Shown here: positions 18,618 to 26,764 of the stretch, piece after piece | Position numbering within the stretch: the first letter of the stretch is position 1 | Layout of the letters: every line of letters starts with the position of its first letter | IMG/VR virus record: IMGVR_UViG_3300030372_003023 | Coordinates: 1-26,993 of that record | Source: a virus | Taxonomy: Duplodnaviria; Caudoviricetes | Reading direction: 5' to 3' (one strand) | DNA: 26,993 bases | The notes under the pieces: generated by a model | Told to the model about the DNA's origin: nothing | Databases searched by the model: none | Seen by the model: only the letters and a program-made list of their open reading frames with translations | Made by a program: the position numbers and the translations under genes

Positions 18618-19042
18618 AATTACACGATGAAATAGTGAACGATAACGAAAAACACATAGAAAAATTACTTAAAACTAAAAATACTTGTCCAATTACTTTA
18701 GGAGAAGAGGGAATAGAACGGGTAGTTCATAATATTTTTGTGTTCTATGAAAAAAAAGCATACTGGCAAAAAACATTGTTAAGATTAGAAAAAACACAAA
18801 AAAACAAAGAATACGAAGAATTTAACAAACTAGGCAAAGAACACGGAACAATAAAAGACCGTGAGATAACTGCTAAATTATCAGATAATGTTAAAAAATA
18901 TGACAACGAGATAACCCATGCAGTTTATATGTTGGAATGTTATAAAGGTTTAATTGCACAAACTGAAATGGCTTGTAATTTGTATAGAACTCAACAAGCG
19001 AGTAACAGAAGTCAGTTAGCAAGTTATACCAGTTTAGGTTAA
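18614..19042 (+). CDS. Helical hypothetical protein
   Basis: ATGA overlap; SD GGAG; coiled-coil character. Confidence 0.55.
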   Translation: MKLHDEIVNDNEKHIEKLLKTKNTCPITLGEEGIERVVHNIFVFYEKKAYWQKTLLRLEKTQKNKEYEEFNKLGKEHGTIKDREITAKLSDNVKKYDNEITHAVYMLECYKGLIAQTEMACNLYRTQQASNRSQLASYTSLG

Positions 19043-19353
19043 TGAGTAAAAAAAATAAAAGGCAAATAAAAAAAGAAATGGCTAAGATGTGCGAATTTGG
19101 ATGTTTCATTTGTAAAAAATATTACGGTGTAACAAATACACACGACTTAAACATACATCATTTACGTACTGGGGTTGGTATGGGTCAAAGAAACCACGAC
19201 CAATTTATTTGTCTATGTGTTAAACATCATCTTTGGGGATTAGAAGCTATACATGGTATAGGAAAAAAAGCATGGGAAGAAAAGTTTGAAAGCGAAATAT
19301 CGTTGTTAGAGTGGTACAAAGAACAAGAAACGGAGACAAAGATAAATGGATAA
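19042..19353 (+). CDS. Ref/DUF968-like HNH nuclease
   Basis: GCFIC...IHHLRTG.GMGQR...ICLCVKHH...AIH.IGKKAWE. Confidence 0.7.
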   Translation: MSKKNKRQIKKEMAKMCEFGCFICKKYYGVTNTHDLNIHHLRTGVGMGQRNHDQFICLCVKHHLWGLEAIHGIGKKAWEEKFESEISLLEWYKEQETETKING

Positions 19354-20224
19354 AAAATTATCAAAACCCGTATTAACACCCGTAGAAGAATATAACGGTA
19401 TTTATTTTAAGCGAGACGATTTATACGCACCTTACGGAGAAAATTTTATTACGGGTGGTAAAATAAGACAATGTAGACATTTAGTTGAAAGTAATTTAGA
19501 ACAAATACACAAAGAATTTGACAGTACTATTACAACTGCCGCATCAATACATTCACCCCAAAACCCTATTGTTGCCCGTGTGGCAAAAGAATTTAATTTA
19601 AAATGTCTTATTGGTATAGGTGGTACAACTGTCGAAAAAGCAAAACAAAGAAAAGGTATAGAATTATGTTTAGACTTAGGTTCGGAAGTAAAAATTTTAT
19701 CAGAACATTACGCATTTAACAACGTACTATACTCTAGACTTGGTAAATTATGTGATGAAAAACCAATGTTCAAAATATTGTTCGGTTATTCTATGAAAAC
19801 ACACAAAGACTCAATAGTAGACACCATAGCAGACCAAGTACAAAACGTTGATTGTGATAGTTTATACGTTATTGTAGGTAGTGGGGTAACATTAAACGGT
19901 ATTTTAGAGGGTGTTAGGAAATATAATAAAAAATTTCAGATAATAGGTTTACAACCATTCGGACACGATAGAAGAAAAACAATGCACCCATCGCCAGAGC
20001 TTTGGGAACTAACAGAAAATGGTGGAATATATACAAAAATACGCTCGCACAGGTACAAATATATAACAGGTAAATACCCATACAACGCTCTGTTAAAAAA
20101 GAATGTTGGGTTTGATTTAGACATGATTTACGAGTCAAAAGGTTTTGAAATGATGGAAAAAATCATAAAACCTAACGAAAAATCTTGCTATTGGGTAGTT
20201 GGTAACAGTAATATCATAAGATGA
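19346..20224 (+). CDS. PLP-dependent fold-type II enzyme (ACC deaminase/D-cysteine desulfhydrase-like)
   Basis: LTPVEE...FKRDDL...GGKIRQ (PLP lysine), SPQ, VGSGVTLNG, LDMIYESK. Confidence 0.75.
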   Translation: MDKKLSKPVLTPVEEYNGIYFKRDDLYAPYGENFITGGKIRQCRHLVESNLEQIHKEFDSTITTAASIHSPQNPIVARVAKEFNLKCLIGIGGTTVEKAKQRKGIELCLDLGSEVKILSEHYAFNNVLYSRLGKLCDEKPMFKILFGYSMKTHKDSIVDTIADQVQNVDCDSLYVIVGSGVTLNGILEGVRKYNKKFQIIGLQPFGHDRRKTMHPSPELWELTENGGIYTKIRSHRYKYITGKYPYNALLKKNVGFDLDMIYESKGFEMMEKIIKPNEKSCYWVVGNSNIIR

Positions 20225-21654
20225 GAGACCATAAAACACAAAATTTGTTTGTAGAAACACAGAAACCAGTAATAAAAGTGTCTGAAAACATACAATATTT
20301 AACAAAATATGCTAACGAACAAGGTATACCTATACTGTGGCACGAGGATTTTGCTACATTAACCAACGAAATAGGTTCTGAGAAGTTTAGAGAAGATTTA
20401 GCGCAATATATATATGAAGTTAGACCACCATATCCGACACAAGACATTACTGAAAAAGATGTTGCAAAAAGTTTTTTTGACTTAAAATCAGCTTATACCT
20501 ATAAACACACAATACCAAACGAGGATATAACGAAAAACGTTAATGAAAAACACGATGATTATAAATATCCGTATAAAGATTACGGGTTAGGTATTATTGA
20601 CACATCTGGCACACATAACGCAGTTAGCAATTATTACCACCAATTACTAAGGTTAAACTGTCCAAGTGCACGTGGAAAAGCAGTCGCAGATACATGGACA
20701 GATGGCACTGCAAGAGAAATATGGGCTTGTTTGAAAGCTTGTTGGGGTGGCATAAACAACATGAAAGAGGTTGAAATAAATGGTGTTAAACAGAAAGTTG
20801 GTGGCGCTTTAACCAAAGATGTATATAGGTCTACTTTTAGATTAGGTAGTTTTATTGCTACGCAATTTAAACCTTTGGTAGCAAAAACAATTTATACTAT
20901 GACACAAGCAGAAAAAGTATTAGATACAAGTTGTGGTTGGGGGGATAGGTTAGCAGGTTTTTACACCAGTAACGCTAAAGAGTACGTTGGTTCCGACCCA
21001 AACCCTAACACTTTTGAAAAATACAAAGAACAAGTGAAAGATTACGAAGAAATGTTGGGTAGTAAAGCAGATATACACGAAGAAACTGATTTTTTCTACT
21101 GTAATGGTGTAAAAAAAGTAAAAATTTACAGGAGTGGCGCTGAAAACTTGCCGTGGGAAGATATAGATAACGTTGATTGTTCTTTTACAAGCCCACCATA
21201 TTTTTCTACTGAACGTTATAACGAGGGTGGTTTACACGAACAAGACCAATCATGGAAAAAATTTGTTACATTTGAAGATTGGTTGAATAAATTTTTTATA
21301 CCAGTAAGTGTTAATTGTTTTAATAGTTTATCAGATAAAGGACACTTATGGATAAATATAATAGACCCAACAATCGGCAGTAAAAGACATCGTTGTTGCG
21401 ATGTTATTGTAGATGAATTATTAGATTCATTTAAAGGAATTGTAGGTATGACTATGGCGCAAAGACCGTTAAAACGTACAGCAATACAACGTGAAAACAA
21501 CAAAAAAGGTCTAAACAAAGATTTAGCTTTAATGACTGATGATAATAAATTATTAGCACATTACATAGAAAACATTTGGTGTTTTGGTAAAAATGACTTA
21601 GATTATTTTCATGAGTATAAAACTGAAAGGGATAGACAAAGTACGTTATTTTGA
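20221..21654 (+). CDS. DNA amino-methyltransferase (N4-C/N6-A type)
   Basis: Motif I VLDTSCGWGDRL and motif IV FTSPPYF. Confidence 0.75.
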   Translation: MRDHKTQNLFVETQKPVIKVSENIQYLTKYANEQGIPILWHEDFATLTNEIGSEKFREDLAQYIYEVRPPYPTQDITEKDVAKSFFDLKSAYTYKHTIPNEDITKNVNEKHDDYKYPYKDYGLGIIDTSGTHNAVSNYYHQLLRLNCPSARGKAVADTWTDGTAREIWACLKACWGGINNMKEVEINGVKQKVGGALTKDVYRSTFRLGSFIATQFKPLVAKTIYTMTQAEKVLDTSCGWGDRLAGFYTSNAKEYVGSDPNPNTFEKYKEQVKDYEEMLGSKADIHEETDFFYCNGVKKVKIYRSGAENLPWEDIDNVDCSFTSPPYFSTERYNEGGLHEQDQSWKKFVTFEDWLNKFFIPVSVNCFNSLSDKGHLWINIIDPTIGSKRHRCCDVIVDELLDSFKGIVGMTMAQRPLKRTAIQRENNKKGLNKDLALMTDDNKLLAHYIENIWCFGKNDLDYFHEYKTERDRQSTLF

Positions 21655-22184
21655 ATAAAAGTATAAAACCCGAGTTACTAAAGTTACTTACCCCAAGTTC
21701 CCCGAAACTAGAGTTAAGTGGTAAAACACACGATAGTATTTCTACAGAAGACATTAATGCTTTGTTGGGTTTTTCTAAATTAACTAATTTAGAGTATGCA
21801 CTTTTAGTACATAAATACATAAATGAAAACCTAAACGATGATTTTTATAGAAGTTTAAAAACCCATGTTCTAAAAGATTTAAAACAGAATACCAAATTTA
21901 AACTAAATAACGAGATAAAATTAGATGATTTATTACATTTAGCAATAATAGAATTAACCGTTACTAAGTGTTGGGTTTGTAAAGGCACAGGTTTTTTAAT
22001 ACATTTGAACAGTTTATCGAATTGTCCACATTGTGATAATGGAGATTATATTTACAACGATGTAGTTCGTACAGCAATATTAAAAATAAAAAGAAATGAA
22101 TATTACAAAATAAACAAACTTTACAAATACATATTAGATTTCGTAACTGAAATAGAATATTCAGCATTATCTAAAATATCATAA
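21651..22184 (+). CDS. Zn-finger late regulator, antiterminator Q-like
   Basis: CWVCKGTG...CPHCDNG; last gene of the middle operon. Confidence 0.5.
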   Translation: MNKSIKPELLKLLTPSSPKLELSGKTHDSISTEDINALLGFSKLTNLEYALLVHKYINENLNDDFYRSLKTHVLKDLKQNTKFKLNNEIKLDDLLHLAIIELTVTKCWVCKGTGFLIHLNSLSNCPHCDNGDYIYNDVVRTAILKIKRNEYYKINKLYKYILDFVTEIEYSALSKIS

Positions 22185-22186
22185 GC

Positions 22187-22219
22187 AAAAAAAGACCCCA
22201 CGCCTTTAAGCGTGAGGTC
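22187..22219 (-). terminator. Rho-independent terminator of the minus-strand ribozyme operon
   Basis: Minus strand GACCTCACGC-TTAAAG-GCGTGGGGTC (10 bp, one G.U) followed by T7. Confidence 0.85.
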
Positions 22220-22277
22220 GGAGGAAACAGCTCAGTAAAGAGCCTATCCGTGTGGGTTTTACATATAACCCATTCTA

Positions 22278-22676
22278 CTAGTCTGTATTATTAATTACAA
22301 GTCCATGTCTACACATCAAAAACCTAAAATATTGTTCTTTAAACAGAACCAACAACCCGTTAAGTTGTGTTAAGTTTAAGTTTTTCATAGCAGGCATGGT
22401 GTCTACGTTTGATAGACCACTCAAAAAATTATACATTCTCGTTTGAGTTACATCGTACATATCATAATCTTTATCTTCTTCTAGCCATTTTACACGGTTT
22501 GCAAGTGTCATTATACTTTTGCATTCGTATAATATTATTGCAATCTGGTGTTTGTCTAAAATAAGATTGCTATCTGACAAAACATATTTTAAAACACTTA
22601 TTAGGTAATCTGTTTTATCACGTAAAGAATTACGGTATTTTAGCAACTCTTTTTGTTGTTTTTGTATATCACTCAT
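22278..22676 (-). CDS. Hypothetical protein
   Basis: 132 aa ORF, SD AGGAGGT. Confidence 0.75.
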   Translation of the reverse strand: MSDIQKQQKELLKYRNSLRDKTDYLISVLKYVLSDSNLILDKHQIAIILYECKSIMTLANRVKWLEEDKDYDMYDVTQTRMYNFLSGLSNVDTMPAMKNLNLTQLNGLLVLFKEQYFRFLMCRHGLVINNTD

Positions 22677-22690
22677 GTTTACCTCCTATT

Positions 22691-22759
22691 GTAATAGACC
22701 CCTATCGGAACATCTTACGAAGATAGGGGTTTCGTGTACTAAACACTCATCAGTATTAC
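22691..22759 (-). ncRNA. Type I hammerhead ribozyme HHR1
   Basis: GUAAUA CUGAUGA GUGU-UUAGU-ACAC GAA ACCCCUAUC-15nt-GAUAGGGGU C^UAUUAC; GUC triplet, cut 22697/22696. Confidence 0.95.
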
Positions 22760-23100
22760 TGTTTTGATTGGGATATGCGTTCTTTAATAGAAATTTCATG
22801 GTTTATTTCTTCTATCAAATCATCTATAAGTTCGCTAACTGTATTTAACATACCACCATTACGCAACATATTTCTAGTCATCATACGTTTATGTAATATT
22901 ATATTATCATCTTTCCTAGATAACTCATACGCAAGCAACTTAAGTCCGACTAACGTGAAAAACCTTGAATCAACTTCGCTATCATCGTGTCCGAGTTTAG
23001 GCGATAACTTTGCAGTATCAACTAAGAACTCAGCAAGTATTTCATCTCGGGATTGTCGTTTAGTTACTTTAGCATCTACTCTATGTAGTGTATTTTTCAT
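22756..23100 (-). CDS. Hypothetical protein
   Basis: 114 aa, SD AGGAGG; TAA stop lies in stem I of HHR1. Confidence 0.75.
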   Translation of the reverse strand: MKNTLHRVDAKVTKRQSRDEILAEFLVDTAKLSPKLGHDDSEVDSRFFTLVGLKLLAYELSRKDDNIILHKRMMTRNMLRNGGMLNTVSELIDDLIEEINHEISIKERISQSKQ

Positions 23101-23121
23101 ATTTTCCTCCTTTGGAGTGTT

Positions 23122-23210
23122 GTATAAGACCTAGTGGATTTTTACTAGATAGAATCCTCTATCAGCTGTTTCGCACTAGGTTTCGTCTATTCAAGACTCA
23201 TCAGTTATAC
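23122..23210 (-). ncRNA. Type I hammerhead ribozyme HHR2 (extended stem III)
   Basis: GUAUAA CUGAUGA GUCU-UGAAU-AGAC GAA ACCUAGUG-insert-CACUAGGU C^UUAUAC; cut 23128/23127. Confidence 0.93.
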
Positions 23211-23231
23211 TACTAATTTAGTTGATTTACA

Positions 23232-23309
23232 GTAACCGACATTCCACTTCTCGTTACATTCTATTATAAAATGTGTGTATAACTACACAGAAAGTAAAAT
23301 GTCAGTTAC
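23232..23309 (-). ncRNA. Candidate structured RNA (long stem with three-way junction)
   Basis: GUAACUGACAUUUUACUUUC pairs with GAGAAGUGGAAUGUCGGUUAC (~19-20 bp with G.U pairs valid only on the minus strand), enclosing two hairpins. Confidence 0.6.
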
Positions 23310-23316
23310 ATGAAAA

Positions 23317-23589
23317 CTACCATTTTAGTTCTTCATGGGGTTGCGCTACAATGTAACTTACACACCTAACAATATCACCAGTTTGTTTTTCAATTTGTTT
23401 ACTTAACTTATCAACTTTTTCTGTATACCAGATAAAGTCGCCTTCCATACATTTTAAGCAATGTATTTTAGCGTCAGAATAATTGTCAAAAGTTTTAACT
23501 AGAAAATATCTGTATTTGTGTACATCAACACCGTCACGCATACTAATATAATCTCTTCGCATTACATCATAGTATTTTTTTTGTTCCAT
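23317..23589 (-). CDS. Hypothetical protein (90 aa)
   Basis: Start reassigned to MEQKKYY at 23589 (SD AGGAGG); the ORF-track extension runs through HHR3. Confidence 0.75.
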   Translation of the reverse strand: MEQKKYYDVMRRDYISMRDGVDVHKYRYFLVKTFDNYSDAKIHCLKCMEGDFIWYTEKVDKLSKQIEKQTGDIVRCVSYIVAQPHEELKW

Positions 23590-23605
23590 ATTTCCTCCTT
23601 TGTTT

Positions 23606-23663
23606 ATGTAAGACCCCCGAAATAAATCGAGGGTTTCGACCAATCAGGTCTCATCAGTTACAT
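23606..23663 (-). ncRNA. Type I hammerhead ribozyme HHR3
   Basis: AUGUAA CUGAUGA GACC-UGAUU-GGUC GAA ACCCUCGA-UUUAUU-UCGGGGGU C^UUACAU; cut 23612/23611. Confidence 0.95.
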
Positions 23664-25093
23664 TTTTGTTCTAATAAATATAATTTTGCTCCTATTTTAC
23701 ATAAAGCGTCATTATATGAACTAGATAAGTGGTCGCCTGTGTACCAATGTCCAAACTCATGAATAATTAAAGCCATTATATCTTCTTTATTAACTTCCCA
23801 GTTAAACCATTTCTGACTTAAATGAGCAGTATTGAAGTATAAATCACACTTTCCGTATCTAGCCACAGCGTTATCTTTGTGGTTTTTATAGAAAGTTACA
23901 TTTAACTCATCATTGAACAGTTTGATATGAAAACTTTTAGCTTTATTAGCTATACGTTCCATATCTTCTGTTACTTTGGTTACTTGGTTGCCATCTATAT
24001 GCATCATAATATTACACGTTTGATATTGTGATAAACTAGATGATGACGGTACTAGATTTGGGTTTTCTTCTCTGTGATTTCTGACATTTTGCCATACTTT
24101 CCCCGAGTAAGAACCAGCGTAAACAACTTCCCTACCGTCTGCCATAGCTTTTTTGCTAGATTCAGGGTCAGCAGGACTAAATGTTACAGCGTCTTCCCCG
24201 TGTCGTACTTCAAACACATGACTAGTTGCTTTTTCGTTAGCTTTTTCTAACGCTGTATTTACCCAAGATGATTTAATATCATCTTCGGACATTTCTTCAT
24301 ACATAGCATCTAATACCCCTGTTTGTAGTTTACGTAGATATATAGGTTTAACATTATCTCTATCCTTGTTTAAAGGAATTTTCTGTAAAACATTTACAGA
24401 AAAAGACATGTCTGTTTCGACTATTGGTATTCCCATTTCACATATATAAGATTTAGGGGTTTTATAAACCTCTACATCTGTAATTCTATGTGTGTCAAAC
24501 AAATTACCTTTTTTATCTACGCCAACAGTAGGGAGTTCAAATCTAATTACTTTCAATGGTTTCTTCTTTTCTATTACCTTTTCATTTATTGTTAAAACAA
24601 TATGATTAGGTACTAGAATATTAGAACATTCAGCAACTATTGAGTTGACTTCATCTTTAGTTAGTACATTTTTAGATATAAAACCCTCAAATACACTACC
24701 TTTGTCGGTAGAATCTTCAGATTTATTTCTAGTGCCATCTTTATTAAAGATTATTGTACCCGTAGTTGATGTAATCTTTGCAGTTTCAAACATTGATAAA
24801 ACAAGTTTTTCACCTAGATTAAATCTACCACGTTGTTCAACGTTACCTTTTTTATAGGATGGCGCAAATAATGTATAACTATCCGTTAATGACTTAAACC
24901 CGTTAGGGCTATCATCTTTAACGACTATAAGATGTTTATTAGCAAACGTTTTAATAGTTACATTACATCTAGTTACATTTTCATCAAACGCATTAGATAT
25001 TAGTTCATATAAGATAAAGTGTTTAGCTCTTCCAGATTCTATCTGTTTAAGACCTTCTTTATCTACAACGAACCACTCGTTACTTTTTGACAT
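23654..25093 (-). CDS. GHKL (HATPase_c) ATPase with C-terminal HEXXH motif
   Basis: ELISNAFD (N box), VKDDSPNGF (G1), RGRFNLGEK (G2), KGSVF; C-terminal LIIHEFGHW; SD AGGAGG. Confidence 0.8.
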   Translation of the reverse strand: MSKSNEWFVVDKEGLKQIESGRAKHFILYELISNAFDENVTRCNVTIKTFANKHLIVVKDDSPNGFKSLTDSYTLFAPSYKKGNVEQRGRFNLGEKLVLSMFETAKITSTTGTIIFNKDGTRNKSEDSTDKGSVFEGFISKNVLTKDEVNSIVAECSNILVPNHIVLTINEKVIEKKKPLKVIRFELPTVGVDKKGNLFDTHRITDVEVYKTPKSYICEMGIPIVETDMSFSVNVLQKIPLNKDRDNVKPIYLRKLQTGVLDAMYEEMSEDDIKSSWVNTALEKANEKATSHVFEVRHGEDAVTFSPADPESSKKAMADGREVVYAGSYSGKVWQNVRNHREENPNLVPSSSSLSQYQTCNIMMHIDGNQVTKVTEDMERIANKAKSFHIKLFNDELNVTFYKNHKDNAVARYGKCDLYFNTAHLSQKWFNWEVNKEDIMALIIHEFGHWYTGDHLSSSYNDALCKIGAKLYLLEQKCN

Positions 25094-25108
25094 ATTTCCT
25101 CCTTTTTT

Positions 25109-25165
25109 GTAATAGACCCAATCTTATCGATTGGGTTTCGGGTATCCAACCCTCATCAGTATTAC
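25109..25165 (-). ncRNA. Type I hammerhead ribozyme HHR4
   Basis: GUAAUA CUGAUGA GGGU-UGGAU-ACCC GAA ACCCAAUC-GAUAA-GAUUGGGU C^UAUUAC; cut 25115/25114. Confidence 0.95.
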
Positions 25166-25175
25166 TTTTTCTGTC

Positions 25176-25367
25176 TTAAATGTGATTGAAAGGCATAATA
25201 ACAACTGTGTACGATACTCTCTGACTTTCTTGTCTGTTAGAAAAATCAGCGCAAAGACTATTTGCAAGGTCAACACTATAATAGAGTTTCTCACCAACTA
25301 TATTATAGGTTGATGTTTGCTCGTTGTTTTTATATCTTCTTACGATTGCATAAGTTTGTTTTTGCAT
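25176..25367 (-). CDS. Hypothetical protein
   Basis: 63 aa, SD AGGAGG. Confidence 0.7.
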   Translation of the reverse strand: MQKQTYAIVRRYKNNEQTSTYNIVGEKLYYSVDLANSLCADFSNRQESQRVSYTVVIMPFNHI

Positions 25368-25381
25368 TTTTTCCTCCTATT

Positions 25382-25456
25382 GTAAAAGACGCCAACACTC
25401 GCCCACTATCTATGGGCTAGCTGGCGTTTCGGATAATCAATCCTCATCAGTTTTAC
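25382..25456 (-). ncRNA. Type I hammerhead ribozyme HHR5
   Basis: GUAAAA CUGAUGA GGAU-UGAUU-AUCC GAA ACGCCA-(GCCCA/UGGGC hairpin)-UGGCGU C^UUUUAC; cut 25388/25387. Confidence 0.94.
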
Positions 25457-25465
25457 TTTGTTTTT

Positions 25466-25630
25466 TTACCTCAAGAATATAATTAATAATATTGGTAGCA
25501 TTAATATTACCAATAACCCGTTCATTAATGCTTTTTCCCCGTCAGTCACATTTGACGCACATACAATATATGTATATATCAAACAAGCTAAACAAAAGAG
25601 AAAAACAAAAAAATATAAGTCAATCATCAT
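25466..25630 (-). CDS. 54-aa two-TM membrane protein, missing from ORF track
   Basis: MMIDLYFFVFLFCLACLIYTYIVCASNVTDGEKALMNGLLVILMLPILLIIFLR; SD AGGAGG; sits exactly between HHR6 and HHR5. Confidence 0.75.
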   Translation of the reverse strand: MMIDLYFFVFLFCLACLIYTYIVCASNVTDGEKALMNGLLVILMLPILLIIFLR

Positions 25631-25643
25631 ATTTCCTCCTTTT

Positions 25644-25704
25644 GTAATATATACCCAATTTAAAAAACTGGGTATTTCGAGTATTTAACTCTCATCAGTA
25701 TTAC
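25644..25704 (-). ncRNA. Type I hammerhead ribozyme HHR6
   Basis: GUAAUA CUGAUGA GAGU-UAAAU-ACUC GAA AUACCCAG-9nt-UUGGGUAU A^UAUUAC; AUA triplet, cut 25650/25649. Confidence 0.93.
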
Positions 25705-25713
25705 TTTTTATTA

Positions 25714-25869
25714 TTAACCTATACCCATTTCTTTCATTCTTGCTGGGATTACTTTTTCAGAATTACAATCCGAACAACAATCACCATTGGCTAAAGGCTC
25801 TGCATTGTTTCTGTCGTATTGGTTTTCAAACTTTTTACCACACAAACAACAATTATCTTCTTTTTCCAT
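25714..25869 (-). CDS. 51-aa Cys-rich zinc-finger-like protein, missing from ORF track
   Basis: MEKEDNCCLCGKKFENQYDRNNAEPLANGDCCSDCNSEKVIPARMKEMGIG; CxxC...CxxC; SD AGGAGG. Confidence 0.8.
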   Translation of the reverse strand: MEKEDNCCLCGKKFENQYDRNNAEPLANGDCCSDCNSEKVIPARMKEMGIG

Positions 25870-25885
25870 TTTTTCCTCCTTTGTT

Positions 25886-25937
25886 GTAATATACGCCCCT
25901 AAGGGCGTTTCGGGTATTAAACCCTCGTCAGTATTAC
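25886..25937 (-). ncRNA. Type I hammerhead ribozyme HHR7
   Basis: GUAAUA CUGACGA GGGU-UUAAU-ACCC GAA ACGCCC-UUAG-GGGCGU A^UAUUAC; GUA triplet, cut 25892/25891. Confidence 0.95.
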
Positions 25938-26185
25938 TTTTCTCCGTTTATACCATTTAACTCAATAGTCATTCTGAAATTATATGTACCTAACATAGAA
26001 TTAGATATTTTGAATTCACCTAGATTATCAATTAATTCTAATAAATTACCTACTGTAAAATCATTAAAATATTCTACTTCTGCAAATTCATTTCCTAATA
26101 AAACATTATCATCGTGTATATTTGATTCTAAAATTTTATCTTTAACTCTATAACTACAACCATTAAGTTCGTGTATTTTTTGCAT
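25934..26185 (-). CDS. Hypothetical protein
   Basis: 83 aa, SD AGGAGG; TAA stop in stem I of HHR7. Confidence 0.75.
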   Translation of the reverse strand: MQKIHELNGCSYRVKDKILESNIHDDNVLLGNEFAEVEYFNDFTVGNLLELIDNLGEFKISNSMLGTYNFRMTIELNGINGEK

Positions 26186-26199
26186 TTTTTCCTCCTTTT

Positions 26200-26256
26200 G
26201 TTATATACACCCAAACGAGTCGGGTGTTTCGGGTACTTAACCCTCGTCAGTATAAC
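26200..26256 (-). ncRNA. Type I hammerhead ribozyme HHR8
   Basis: GUUAUA CUGACGA GGGU-UAAGU-ACCC GAA ACACCC-9nt-GGGUGU A^UAUAAC; cut 26206/26205. Confidence 0.94.
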
Positions 26257-26323
26257 TTTTGAACGGTATTAACATTTCGCCTGTTTCAACGTCTATTACA
26301 CCGTGTTCAGTTTTTTCATACAT
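26237..26323 (-). CDS. 28-aa micropeptide, missing from ORF track
   Basis: MYEKTEHGVIDVETGEMLIPFKSYTDEG; SD GGAGG 7 nt upstream; between HHR9 and HHR8, reads into the HHR8 core. Confidence 0.65.
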   Translation of the reverse strand: MYEKTEHGVIDVETGEMLIPFKSYTDEG

Positions 26324-26340
26324 AATGTTTCCTCCATTTT

Positions 26341-26397
26341 GTAATATACCCTACCTCATAAATAGGGTTTCGGATATTAAATCCTCGTCAGTATTAC
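26341..26397 (-). ncRNA. Type I hammerhead ribozyme HHR9
   Basis: GUAAUA CUGACGA GGAU-UUAAU-AUCC GAA ACCCUA-UUUAUGAGG-UAGGGU A^UAUUAC; cut 26347/26346. Confidence 0.95.
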
Positions 26398-26747
26398 TAT
26401 GCAACATTATTCATGGCATTTTCTTCGTCATAATGCGCATGGAATATTTTATTTTGGTCTTGTACAACTTCTAATCTTTGATTTTTTGGGTTGTAATATG
26501 CAATTTTAACAACTACATCATCAACTAAAAATTCAAATTTATAAAGTTCAGCATCCCACACTTTATTGCTGTCGTAAAAGGTTTTTTTAATTACCGTTTT
26601 TTTAATTTCCGTTTTAACAAAGTCAAAAGAATTTACTCTACTTGTACCTATTTTTACATCGGTAGTAGTGTATTCTCTTGTTCCGTAAGATTTAGAACTG
26701 TTGTAATTAGGCGCATCTACAACGCACCATATTGGATATTGTCTCAT
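26397..26747 (-). CDS. Hypothetical protein
   Basis: 116 aa, SD AGGAGG; TAG stop overlaps first base of HHR9. Confidence 0.75.
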   Translation of the reverse strand: MRQYPIWCVVDAPNYNSSKSYGTREYTTTDVKIGTSRVNSFDFVKTEIKKTVIKKTFYDSNKVWDAELYKFEFLVDDVVVKIAYYNPKNQRLEVVQDQNKIFHAHYDEENAMNNVA

Positions 26748-26764
26748 TTTTTCCTCCTTTTGTT

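Noticed and set aside
23137-23173. Possible second nested ribozyme in the HHR2 stem III insert (contains CGAAAC and CUGAUAGA)
   Set aside because: Motif order and spacing do not give a valid core; only a GAUAGA/UCUAUC hairpin is supported
23590-23643. N-terminal extension of ORF 23317..23643
   Set aside because: It runs through HHR3 from a TTG start; the AGGAGG SD points to the ATG at 23589
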